From an uncultured bacterium (GTDB lineage Bacteria; Chlamydiota; Chlamydiia; Chlamydiales; JAJFMA01): a stretch of 64,000 bases of DNA. The notes under the pieces are model-generated. The model had not been told where the DNA came from, did no database searches, and worked only from the letters and a program-made list of their open reading frames with translations. The position numbers and the translations under genes are program-made. Each line of letters begins with the position of its first letter. Position 1 is the first letter of the stretch. Below are positions 1 through 8,227 of this stretch, piece after piece. Location of the stretch: NCBI GenBank assembly GCA_964436955.1, contig CAYTFC010000003.1:4159-68158 (forward strand), read 5' to 3'.

Positions 1-36
1 ATCGCTAGTTTGATTGTGCAGTACGATTTTTTCCAT
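1..36 (-). CDS. 5' end (12 codons, MEKIVLHNQTSD) of an unidentified CDS running off the left edge
   Basis: ATG at 36-34 (minus) with AAGGA 8 nt upstream, just downstream of the stop of the 50..496 gene; open to the window edge; too short to identify. Confidence 0.2.
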   Translation of the reverse strand, partial: MEKIVLHNQTSD

Positions 37-49
37 GAAGCATTCCTTA

Positions 50-496
50 CTAAGAACGGCCTGCGCCTATGGAATACCCTAGCCATACCAAGTAGGTGAA
101 TACTCCCAAAAGAACGACCGCTGAAAGGCATTCTTTGATGGGAAATGATTTTTGTAAAGTAGAACGCTGCGGTTGGCGAGGATCGTAGAAGGCTACCCAA
201 CTTAATTTACGCAAACTTTGGATATTATCCTCGGTTGCTGAAGGATTGCGAGAGCCTTCGTCATAAAGGAGGGTTTCTCCAGTATATATTCGTCCGCCGA
301 TCTTATAGTGATAACCAACCAACGGCACAAAGACGTCACCCGGCATTTCTTCAACGCTCCACTGACTATCGACTAATGGCGTGGTGGCAGACATAGCGCG
401 GTAATGCTGCACGGCCAATATGCCCGAAACACTGTACCACAGAGTGCAAATACCGATAATTCCTAGAAATACTAACCACAGTCTATTCTTGTGCAT
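50..496 (-). CDS. hypothetical membrane protein (TM helix at each end flanking a ~90-aa soluble domain; DUF3592-like layout)
   Basis: 148-aa ORF; hydrophobic LWLVFLGIIGICTLWY (N-term) and AVVLLGVFTYLVWLGY (C-term); 14-nt overlap with the upstream pseudouridine synthase gene. Confidence 0.55.
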   Translation of the reverse strand: MHKNRLWLVFLGIIGICTLWYSVSGILAVQHYRAMSATTPLVDSQWSVEEMPGDVFVPLVGYHYKIGGRIYTGETLLYDEGSRNPSATEDNIQSLRKLSWVAFYDPRQPQRSTLQKSFPIKECLSAVVLLGVFTYLVWLGYSIGAGRS

Positions 497-1403
497 AGGG
501 GGTTCCTTTTCGGGGAATACTGCGCGGCACGTTCACAAGTTTATAAAATTCTGGGGGGGGAGCTGATGTAAAAGACATCATTTTTCCAGTGATCGGATGC
601 TTAAATGCCAGTAAATGTGCGTGTAAACACAGGCGTTTAACTGGACTGCCAGTCGCCCCATACTTTATGTCGCCGACGATGGGGTGCCCAGCTTCCTGAC
701 AGTGAATGCGTATCTGATTTTTTTTGCCGGTTTCCAACGTGAGTTCCAGCCACGTACTCTTGCGGGATACGCCTTTTACTTCGTAGTGAGTAATGGCTTT
801 TTGGCCTCTGGTAGGGTCTTGACTGCTATGCACGCGATAGTTGGCATCTTCCCAAAGGTAGCTTTGCCAGCTGCCGGAACCTTCGTCTAAATGTCCTTCA
901 ACAATGGCGGCGTAGGAACGCTGTAGATCGTGCTTGCGAAAGATGTCCTTAAGACCGTCAAAAGCTTCCTCTGAAAGAGCGAAAAGCATCACGCCAGAGG
1001 TATCTTGATCCAAGCGATGTACCACCATCACCCGTGTGGGAAAATAGTGTTCCTTAAGAAATCCATGCACCGTTTTGTCAGTTTCATACGCCGTAGATAC
1101 ACTTAAGAGACCGCGCGGTTTATCGACCACAACAAAGTGGCGATCTTCATACAAAATGCGTAGATGTTGTGGCAAGGCCTTGCTTTTGGGCTGTAGAAAG
1201 ACGCGCTGTCCGGGTTTTACATTAACATCGGCGCGTTTTACAGGTTTGCCATCAATGGTAACGCGTCCCACCTTAACCCAATTTCGCTGTGAGTTTTTTG
1301 AACTCCCAGGAGCGAGCTTGCTGAGGCAGTCGAGTAACGATAAATTTTCTGTTGTTTGGTATTCCATTCGCAACATTATATCAAAGCGTCGGGTAGGTAG
1401 CAA
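483..1403 (-). CDS. RluA-family pseudouridine synthase (RluD/RluC-like) with N-terminal S4-like domain
   Basis: HRLDQDTSGVMLFA catalytic-Asp motif, KNQIRIH, S4-like VGRVTIDGKPV; TTG start at 1403, alternative ATGs at 1376/1367. Confidence 0.85.
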   Translation of the reverse strand: MLPTRRFDIMLRMEYQTTENLSLLDCLSKLAPGSSKNSQRNWVKVGRVTIDGKPVKRADVNVKPGQRVFLQPKSKALPQHLRILYEDRHFVVVDKPRGLLSVSTAYETDKTVHGFLKEHYFPTRVMVVHRLDQDTSGVMLFALSEEAFDGLKDIFRKHDLQRSYAAIVEGHLDEGSGSWQSYLWEDANYRVHSSQDPTRGQKAITHYEVKGVSRKSTWLELTLETGKKNQIRIHCQEAGHPIVGDIKYGATGSPVKRLCLHAHLLAFKHPITGKMMSFTSAPPPEFYKLVNVPRSIPRKGTPYAQE

Positions 1404-1411
1404 TCACGCGT

Positions 1412-1440
1412 TTGACTAAATATCTCTCTATCGCTATAAT
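1412..1440 (+). promoter_or_regulatory. sigma-70/66-type promoter candidate for rpsT (TTGACT - 17 nt - TATAAT)
   Basis: TTGACT 1412-1417, 17-nt spacer, TATAAT 1435-1440, 48 nt upstream of the rpsT ATG; AAGAGGAAA RBS before ATG. Confidence 0.5.
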
Positions 1441-1487
1441 CCCCCTTACTTAATTGTACTGAGAAGCACGAAACTAAGAGGAAACTC

Positions 1488-1775
1488 ATGGCCCAAGAAG
1501 CCGACGAAGAAAAAAAAGTTAAGCGCCCAACTCCTTTGAAGCGCGATGATCAAAGCAAGCGTAGAAACTTGCGTAATCGCGTATACAAGTCCAAAGTTAA
1601 GACAGCTGTTCGTCATTACGACGAAGCCCTGCAAGCTGGGGACACTGCTGTTTTGAAAGAGCGCCTCAATGAGGTTTATAGCTTGATGGATAAAGGCGTG
1701 AAAAAGGGTATTCTGAAAGCTAACGCCGCAAGCCGCAGCAAATCCAGACTTACTCAGCGCGCTGCAGCGAAATAA
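1488..1775 (+). CDS. rpsT: 30S ribosomal protein S20
   Basis: 95-aa basic protein, KRDDQSKRRNLRNRVYKSKVKT... S20-type N-terminus and helical C-terminus. Confidence 0.9.
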   Translation: MAQEADEEKKVKRPTPLKRDDQSKRRNLRNRVYKSKVKTAVRHYDEALQAGDTAVLKERLNEVYSLMDKGVKKGILKANAASRSKSRLTQRAAAK

Positions 1776-1786
1776 ATTCTGTTTTT

Positions 1787-1827
1787 AGATAGAAGCGACG
1801 ACCGCTAACTTAGCATCGTCGCTATCT
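1787..1827. terminator. hairpin between convergent rpsT and the 1834..2109 gene (bidirectional terminator candidate)
   Basis: AGATA-(gaa bulge)-GCGACGA ... TCGTCGC-TATCT, 14-nt loop, followed by CTTTTCC; lies exactly between two stop codons. Confidence 0.45.
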
Positions 1828-1833
1828 CTTTTC

Positions 1834-2109
1834 CTAACGAACTTCGTCGACATCGGCGGTGTTATATTCGATTCCACCAAAATTTTTCGCAGCTACATTG
1901 TAGGAAGCCGCAACTAACGCGCTGAATACATAGCACACGATCCAATAGGCAAATGGCACAAGCACTAAGGCTAAGTATTGCAGGTTGCGAGTTAGCAAAA
2001 ATGCTAAAATTGCCAACGGCATAAAGATAAGTGCCGCTAGTAAAAATTGAAACACTCCAAATACTTTGCTCGACTGATGTACAGAAATTTGCGTGATTTG
2101 TTTCTTCAT
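1834..2109 (-). CDS. small hypothetical membrane protein (2 predicted TM helices)
   Basis: ATG at 2109 has AGGAGGG just upstream; the longer ORF-track start at 2163 has none; hydrophobic FGVFQFLLAALIFMPLAILAFLL and ALVLVPFAYWIVCYVFSALVA. Confidence 0.5.
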   Translation of the reverse strand: MKKQITQISVHQSSKVFGVFQFLLAALIFMPLAILAFLLTRNLQYLALVLVPFAYWIVCYVFSALVAASYNVAAKNFGGIEYNTADVDEVR

Positions 2110-2283
2110 GATCCCTCCTAGGAGCCTGACGTTTTTAAATTCGGAGCTTAGCACGCAGCTCATTTGTCACAAATAAAATATTTAATAACGATCAAGAAAA
2201 ATTAACTTAAGGGTAATGGCATAGTGGGGACCTGATAACGGTATCGCCGTTTCCCTTTCTTAATGCCATTTTTATCAGCAGGG

Positions 2284-2292
2284 TGTTATAAT
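2284..2292 (+). promoter_or_regulatory. extended -10 promoter element (TGtTATAAT) upstream of the 2325 gene
   Basis: TG 2284-2285 and TATAAT 2287-2292, 33 nt before the ATG; -35 region (TGCCAT) is poor. Confidence 0.3.
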
Positions 2293-2324
2293 ATTACCTC
2301 AAATACTTAACGAGGTAGAATATC

Positions 2325-3956
2325 ATGCAGGGCTTTGTAGCCTGCTTGCTGGCAATCACATTCTCTTTTGCTCACATTTGGGCAGATGAACCACCTATTC
2401 CTTGCATCACAGTTGAAGTGCCGATGCGTGATGGGACGACATTGCCTACAGACATCTATCTTCCCAATGCAGAGGCCAAGGGGCTTCCCTGCGTATTGAT
2501 ACGCGCACCTAACGGTCGCAAATCGCATTACAAATCTTTTGCACCCTTAGCGATAGAAGGATATGCCGTAGCCATTCAGGATACGCGTAGTCATGTGGAT
2601 AGTGAAGGCAAGACAATGCCCTATCTCAGCGATGGATGGGGTGCATTACAAGATGGCTATGATACAGTACAATGGCTTGCTACCAGTCTCTATACCAATG
2701 GCAAGGTGGGTACTGCTGGAATTTCGGCCCAAGGAATCACACAACTACTTCTCGCACCTTCTTGTCCGCCCAATCTCATTTGCCAGCATATTGGAGTTGC
2801 TGCAGCAAGTATATATGATCAGGGCATGTTTCCGGGTGGTCAATTATTGAAGCATCAAGTAGAAGGCTGGCTTGGACAGTACGCTCCGCACCCTTCGGTC
2901 CTACAGATGGTCACGCGACAGATATTCTATAACGATTTTTGGGCCCAATTTGACACATCGAGTGTTGCGAGTCGTGTGCAGGTTCCTGGTCTCCACCATG
3001 GAGGATGGTACGATACGTTTTGTCAGGGCACCATTGATTCTTTCTGCTCGCGGCAACATAAAGGCGCGGATGGTGCGCGTGGCCAGCAAAAAATGGTGAT
3101 CGGCCCTTGGACCCACTGGTGGCACCAGTCAGTAGCCTTAGGGGATTATACGATTCCTGAAGCCGGACGCCAAGCCCCCGTAGACTTTTCCTTAAAGCGC
3201 TGGTTTGATCACTACCTTAAAGGAATAGATAACGGCATCGATAGAATACCCGCCATTACCTATTACGTCATGGGGCCATTTGATGGATCGTCCTCTAGTG
3301 GCAACGTATGGCGCAGCACCGATCAATGGCCGCCTGCCTCTACAGCGACTGATTTTTTTCTCACTCCTGACAGAAAACTGAGTACTAACCTACCAGCATC
3401 TGGACGTCTTTCGTTTCGTTATGATCCCTCAGACCCAAGCCCAACTTTAGGCGGACGCAATTTATTGTTGAAGGCCGGACCTGTCGATCAACGCCCCATT
3501 GAAGAGCGCTCAGATATACTTATTTTCACGACGGATGTGTTAGAAGAAGACGTAGAAGTAACAGGACGTATTCTAGCTAAGATGCTCTTCGCCTCAGATC
3601 AGCCAGATACCGATATTGTCGTGCGCTTAACGGATGTTTATCCTGATGGACGGAGCGTGCTTATTGCGGATGGAGTTAGGCGTTTAGCAGATGTTGTGCC
3701 TAGATATCTATCCTTGGGCAAGGCAGCTGGACCAAGAGTTGTTGAAGTTGATCTGTGGTCCACAAGTATTGTATTTGCTAAGGGACACCGCATTCGCGTT
3801 TCCGTGGCTAGTTCCAACTTTCCGCGCTATGCCAAGAATCTCAATGGAGGCAAGGAGAACGAACCCCCAAGGATCGCAATGAACACCCTGTACACTGGTC
3901 ATAAGCATGGATCTCGTATCATATTGCCTATAATCTCAAGAGAGAAAACTCAATGA
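2325..3956 (+). CDS. CocE/NonD-family (peptidase S15-type) alpha/beta hydrolase with N-terminal signal-like leader
   Basis: VPMRDGTTLPTDIYLP ... LIRAPNGRK N-terminal pattern, nucleophile elbow GISAQG, C-terminal beta-sandwich-type region; leader MQGFVACLLAITFSFAHIWA. Confidence 0.8.
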   Translation: MQGFVACLLAITFSFAHIWADEPPIPCITVEVPMRDGTTLPTDIYLPNAEAKGLPCVLIRAPNGRKSHYKSFAPLAIEGYAVAIQDTRSHVDSEGKTMPYLSDGWGALQDGYDTVQWLATSLYTNGKVGTAGISAQGITQLLLAPSCPPNLICQHIGVAAASIYDQGMFPGGQLLKHQVEGWLGQYAPHPSVLQMVTRQIFYNDFWAQFDTSSVASRVQVPGLHHGGWYDTFCQGTIDSFCSRQHKGADGARGQQKMVIGPWTHWWHQSVALGDYTIPEAGRQAPVDFSLKRWFDHYLKGIDNGIDRIPAITYYVMGPFDGSSSSGNVWRSTDQWPPASTATDFFLTPDRKLSTNLPASGRLSFRYDPSDPSPTLGGRNLLLKAGPVDQRPIEERSDILIFTTDVLEEDVEVTGRILAKMLFASDQPDTDIVVRLTDVYPDGRSVLIADGVRRLADVVPRYLSLGKAAGPRVVEVDLWSTSIVFAKGHRIRVSVASSNFPRYAKNLNGGKENEPPRIAMNTLYTGHKHGSRIILPIISREKTQ

Positions 3957-4639
3957 AAATCATCATTTTAGCCGCTGGAATTGGACGACGGTTAGGCATA
4001 GAAAACACACCTAAAGCATTAGCGCGCTTGGTAAACGGACAGAGTATTATTGAGCATCAATTGGAAAACATTGCCCGTTACCTAAGCTTAAGCGATGTTC
4101 GTGTTGTGGTGGGATACGAGCAGGATAAAATTAAGACCCTCTTTCCGCACCTTTCTTACATTGAAAATTCAAACTATGGCTCTGAAAACACCGCTAAGAG
4201 CTTGCAACGAGCTCTTAGTGAAGTCGGTAATGAAGCTGTGTTATGGTTGAACGGAGATGTCGTTTTTCACCACAAGATACTGGAGCCCCTGCTTGCACAA
4301 AGACGAAGTGCAATGATTGTTAATATAGGCGTTGTGGGGGAAGAAGAGGTCAAGTATCAAGCAGATGAATTTGGACGCATAATAGAAGTGGCTAAAGCAG
4401 TCGAAGATCCCTTAGGAGAAGCATTAGGCATTAACTTTTTTACGGAAGGGGATGCTCAGCTATTGAAGCAAGCGTTAGCGGAATGTGGCACTCAGGATTA
4501 CTTTGAGCGGGCCGTTCAAATCTGTTTAGATGCTGGTGTGGAGGTATGGACATCTGTAGTTTCTCCAGATTTATGCGTAGAAGTTGATTTTCTAGAGGAT
4601 TTAGGAAAAGCTAACCGCATGCTGAAGAGCTGGAAATAG
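3953..4639 (+). CDS. nucleotidyltransferase-family protein (LicC/MobA-like NTP transferase)
   Basis: MKIIILAAGIGRRLG N-terminal NTP-binding motif; ATGA overlap with upstream hydrolase gene. Confidence 0.7.
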   Translation: MKIIILAAGIGRRLGIENTPKALARLVNGQSIIEHQLENIARYLSLSDVRVVVGYEQDKIKTLFPHLSYIENSNYGSENTAKSLQRALSEVGNEAVLWLNGDVVFHHKILEPLLAQRRSAMIVNIGVVGEEEVKYQADEFGRIIEVAKAVEDPLGEALGINFFTEGDAQLLKQALAECGTQDYFERAVQICLDAGVEVWTSVVSPDLCVEVDFLEDLGKANRMLKSWK

Positions 4640-4698
4640 TTTTCTGAGGAGCACCACGTGCCTCGCGCATCCCTAAAACAGCTGCCTTTTCCTTGTGG

Positions 4699-4719
4699 GT
4701 CTGCCTCGCCGAGGCAGAC
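4699..4719. terminator. perfect 10+1+10 palindrome between convergent genes (bidirectional terminator candidate)
   Basis: GTCTGCCTCG-C-CGAGGCAGAC between the stops at 4639 and 4741. Confidence 0.4.
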
Positions 4720-4740
4720 AAGTTTCCTAAGGAAGCAGCA

Positions 4741-7700
4741 CTACAGGCTTTGTTTTTTTTTTATTTCGCGCCATTTGCTAGCGACGCTTGTGGCAATTGG
4801 GACGGCATCTCGGCCGAACGATCCATAGCGTAAATACACGACAACAACGAGTTCAGGACGTCCTTCCGGATCCTTAAAGACGGTTTCCTGTGATGTTCCA
4901 TCAAAGACAATTGTTCCGAACCACGTGTGGTTATAGGTGCGCGTACCTATTTGGCGATCAGGGCCAAAATTCTCTAAACTTTCTGCTGTGCTGGTCTTTC
5001 CTACTAATTGTCCTCGTAGATCGATCACGGATTGCAGGACCTCGGGATGAGGGGCATACAGTTCTTTCAAAGCATAAAACGTTTTGGTTTGATAACGGCT
5101 AGCGACTCGATGCATACCTTCGAGTAGTAAACTGCGAATAGGCGAGGGTAGCAGAACATGCCGCTCTACAATGCTATCTGGTGCTTCTGAGCGGCTTTCA
5201 CGCATACGTTGCGCGCTTGATAGAAAGAGAGGGAAGTCGATTCCTGCAGAAAGCAAGCTGTCTCGATAGTCAATGCCACGCCGACACGAGAGCGAAAAGT
5301 GGCGCGGTTGAGCTGTTCCCACAATGCTTTGAATGATTTTTGGCTGAAACACTTTCCCGCCGTTAGCCAAAGTTGAAAGCATAGTTGCTGTTTGCAATGG
5401 GGTGACCACCAAACTATGCTGTCCGATTGCCAAACTATATAGTCCATTGCGGTTATAGTCTAAATCTGAAGGGACTTTACCCGCAATTTCGCCTGGTAGT
5501 TGTATTCCTGTGCGTTGTCCATAAGATAGTGAGCGTGCGGCTTCAGCCAGGTCTAAGGGGCTTTCTAATACATCGCTTGTGAGCAGCGCAAAATAGCTAT
5601 TACTGGAAACTTCGATGGCTCTTACAACATCAAGTTCCCCGATGTTGGGGATTTGCGTTTTGGGAAGGAGTCCACCTTTATAGAATTGTGGGATGGGCTG
5701 TCCATCCATTGTGTAGCCGACGATCCAGTCATCCCTTACGCGAAGGGGTTGGTCCATAATTTTTAGTGGATTGAGGAGCTTTAGATCGGATCCTGATGCT
5801 TTTAATGCGATGTAGCGTTGCACTAATGCTTCATAGGCAGTCACAATTTTGAAAATGGAGCCTTGTGGGGTGGCCTGGCGATAGGCTATGGAGCGTCCAT
5901 AGCCAAAACCATAGGTGGGATAGAAGGCGGCAGCTAATTGCTTCTCATACTGTTGACCCTTTTCCCAACGTAATTGGCGATAGCGTCCATATAATGGGCG
6001 GTTTAACTCTTGATAGGAGCGCATGGTGGATAAGTATGCCTGCGCATTGGTATCGTCTAAATCCTGAAGGGTATTTTGTACTACGAGATAGTCCACATGC
6101 CATGGCATAGCCTGATGAGCGCCGTTTTTTATTTCTCGGTACCAGCTAGCAAAATAGTCTTGATAAGGTTCTAAAAGGGGGTTTCTTTCTAGGCCGCTCC
6201 CGCGAACAAACATGAGAACGAGCTTGGGTCCATTTGTCGCCCAAAATTCTTGAAACAATGCCTTTTCTTTTGCGTCGAGGTGCTCTGTATAGGGTTTGGC
6301 ATAGCGTTTATTTAAGACTTCTTCCCGTCGTTTGTCTTTCAAAAAGGTCTTTTCGTGAGCTTTACGCCATTCTTTAAAGGTCACGGTATGGAATAGGTCG
6401 CGGGTCATTTGATGCACTGCTTCTTGCACCACAATGCAGGCTTGGTTCACACGACGATAGTCGCTTAAAGACTGATCTCCAATGGACAGAAGCAGCTGCT
6501 GATTGAAGCGATCTCCATTCACTAGCATGCGGCAAAGATCGATAAGAAGTACCTTATCGTATGTATGCTTGACATCAGACAGATAGTGGTCAGTCTGAAA
6601 TTTGATCAGTTCGATTTCTTCAGCAGCGAGGTTAAGATTAGCTTCGATGCGCTCCCTTTCGGCGGCTGGTAAGGGACACGTTTGCGCTTGATGCCCGTTT
6701 TCTTGGTAGAGTAGGTTCAACAAGTAGGAAAGATCTGCTTGTCCACCGGCTGCAATGAGGCGGTCCGCAGCGCGTTGCAGGGCTACGGCACCATTGAGAT
6801 CGCGTACGTTCTTTAGACCTTTCACGACGTCGCCTTTCTCGTAGAGAGTGAGGTCGAGGTATTTTGACCAGCTTAAGGGTACGCTTTCTTCCCAAAAGCA
6901 GGTGTCACAGACTTCGCGTTGCAACGGACGCTTACCGTCCCACATGTTAGCTAGGTAATCATCGGTTTCAAACCACCGTCGAATGTTAGCTTTCTTGGTC
7001 GCGTTTAAAGTTGTGTCGCCTGAAGATACAAAGTCATTGGGATCGAATCGTGGCCAAGATGCCAACGCAACGATTTCGCCGTTATTGGGATCCATGGCTA
7101 CAATAGCGCCACCTTTAATCCACGGCTCCTTTACGGGCAGTTCTTCTTCTAACCGATGCGGCTTTGCCACACGTGTGTGTCGTATATGCTCGTTTTGAGC
7201 CAAAAGTTTTTCTGCGTGCTCTTGCAATTCTAGTGATAAGGTTAGCCCCACACTGCGACCCGGAATGGGTTGCCGCTGTCCTGGCAACTCGCGTAGATAG
7301 TTTCCCTTAGAATCCACGTAATAGCGCTTTTTTCCGTGATAGCCACGCAGGTCTTCCTCGAATTGCGCTTCAACTCCAGCCTTTCCTACATGATCATTGA
7401 TGGCGTAGGCGCGCTCGTCAATGTCGCGAAGGCGCTCACGCGCCTCTTCTACTGTCGCAAGGTTGAAGGGTAAAGGGGATTCTTGACCAGAGTCATATTC
7501 TCGAAAGTAACGCTGTAGAGACTTACGTTCGTGAATGATACCTTGGTATGTATTCGCATCAATCGCTCCCATATAGCCAACGATATCGCCTGCGGCACGT
7601 TCATAAGGATAATGACGCTTTGGAATACGCTGAGCTAGCAATCCCGGCCAGTCGGTTTCCAACATTTTTAGGCGATAGTATTCCTGTTCAGAAATATCCT

Positions 7701-8160
7701 TCTTTACCAAGTAGGGAACATGATCGTAATAAGCGGCCTCGGCATGAATGCGGTCTTCGAGCTCATCGGCGTCAAGATTGAGTTCTGCTGCCAATAGTTC
7801 TGAAAGCTTGCGGATATGTTCGCGTCGTTTAGGTTTGCGCACGCGTTTGCCATCTGGTCCAGTTTCCCAAGCCCATGAGGCTATGGGTTGGATCTGCGAA
7901 TAGTTGACGGCGGCATTGTACTGAATTTTATTGAGAGCTAATGGTAAGCCAAAGCGATCGCGAATCGAGGCTCGTCGCGCGGGTTCAATGACAGTGCGGC
8001 GAGTAGGAGCTTGGGCGGCCGCGGCCCGTTCGTCGTATTGCACTACCGACAAATACCAAACTCTTAAGAGAATCAGGAACAATCCGACCAATACAATATG
8101 GAGAATGCGGCTAGCTTTGCCGGGGACGTTCGCTGACTGTCGGTATGCATTCATGGGCAT
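4741..8160 (-). CDS. pbp2: penicillin-binding protein 2 (class B transpeptidase), oversized chlamydial type
   Basis: N-terminal TM anchor, SxxK (GSIFKIV), SxN (VSSNSYF), KTG-like (GKTSTAE) motifs in the C-terminal third; 1139 aa. Confidence 0.9.
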   Translation of the reverse strand: MPMNAYRQSANVPGKASRILHIVLVGLFLILLRVWYLSVVQYDERAAAAQAPTRRTVIEPARRASIRDRFGLPLALNKIQYNAAVNYSQIQPIASWAWETGPDGKRVRKPKRREHIRKLSELLAAELNLDADELEDRIHAEAAYYDHVPYLVKKDISEQEYYRLKMLETDWPGLLAQRIPKRHYPYERAAGDIVGYMGAIDANTYQGIIHERKSLQRYFREYDSGQESPLPFNLATVEEARERLRDIDERAYAINDHVGKAGVEAQFEEDLRGYHGKKRYYVDSKGNYLRELPGQRQPIPGRSVGLTLSLELQEHAEKLLAQNEHIRHTRVAKPHRLEEELPVKEPWIKGGAIVAMDPNNGEIVALASWPRFDPNDFVSSGDTTLNATKKANIRRWFETDDYLANMWDGKRPLQREVCDTCFWEESVPLSWSKYLDLTLYEKGDVVKGLKNVRDLNGAVALQRAADRLIAAGGQADLSYLLNLLYQENGHQAQTCPLPAAERERIEANLNLAAEEIELIKFQTDHYLSDVKHTYDKVLLIDLCRMLVNGDRFNQQLLLSIGDQSLSDYRRVNQACIVVQEAVHQMTRDLFHTVTFKEWRKAHEKTFLKDKRREEVLNKRYAKPYTEHLDAKEKALFQEFWATNGPKLVLMFVRGSGLERNPLLEPYQDYFASWYREIKNGAHQAMPWHVDYLVVQNTLQDLDDTNAQAYLSTMRSYQELNRPLYGRYRQLRWEKGQQYEKQLAAAFYPTYGFGYGRSIAYRQATPQGSIFKIVTAYEALVQRYIALKASGSDLKLLNPLKIMDQPLRVRDDWIVGYTMDGQPIPQFYKGGLLPKTQIPNIGELDVVRAIEVSSNSYFALLTSDVLESPLDLAEAARSLSYGQRTGIQLPGEIAGKVPSDLDYNRNGLYSLAIGQHSLVVTPLQTATMLSTLANGGKVFQPKIIQSIVGTAQPRHFSLSCRRGIDYRDSLLSAGIDFPLFLSSAQRMRESRSEAPDSIVERHVLLPSPIRSLLLEGMHRVASRYQTKTFYALKELYAPHPEVLQSVIDLRGQLVGKTSTAESLENFGPDRQIGTRTYNHTWFGTIVFDGTSQETVFKDPEGRPELVVVVYLRYGSFGRDAVPIATSVASKWREIKKKQSL

Positions 8161-8227
8161 TCTGTGTGAAAAAAGCTACGCAAAGCTTAACACACTAGCC
8201 AAACCCCAGCAACAGAGAAGCAATGAC

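Noticed and set aside
553-560. Homopolymer tracts as phase-variation switches (G8 at 553-560, T10 at 4753-4762, A9 at 18846-18854, T9 at 41230-41238)
   Set aside because: All lie inside ORFs where they encode Pro or Lys runs. One is 5 codons from the end of pbp2. No evidence of frame disruption, and housekeeping genes are unlikely phase-variable targets. Only the A9 in the 18703 ORF would merit a population check.
1446-1634. 62-aa minus-strand ORF opposite rpsT
   Set aside because: It is a shadow ORF of a highly conserved ribosomal protein gene. It would also have to start inside the rpsT coding region.
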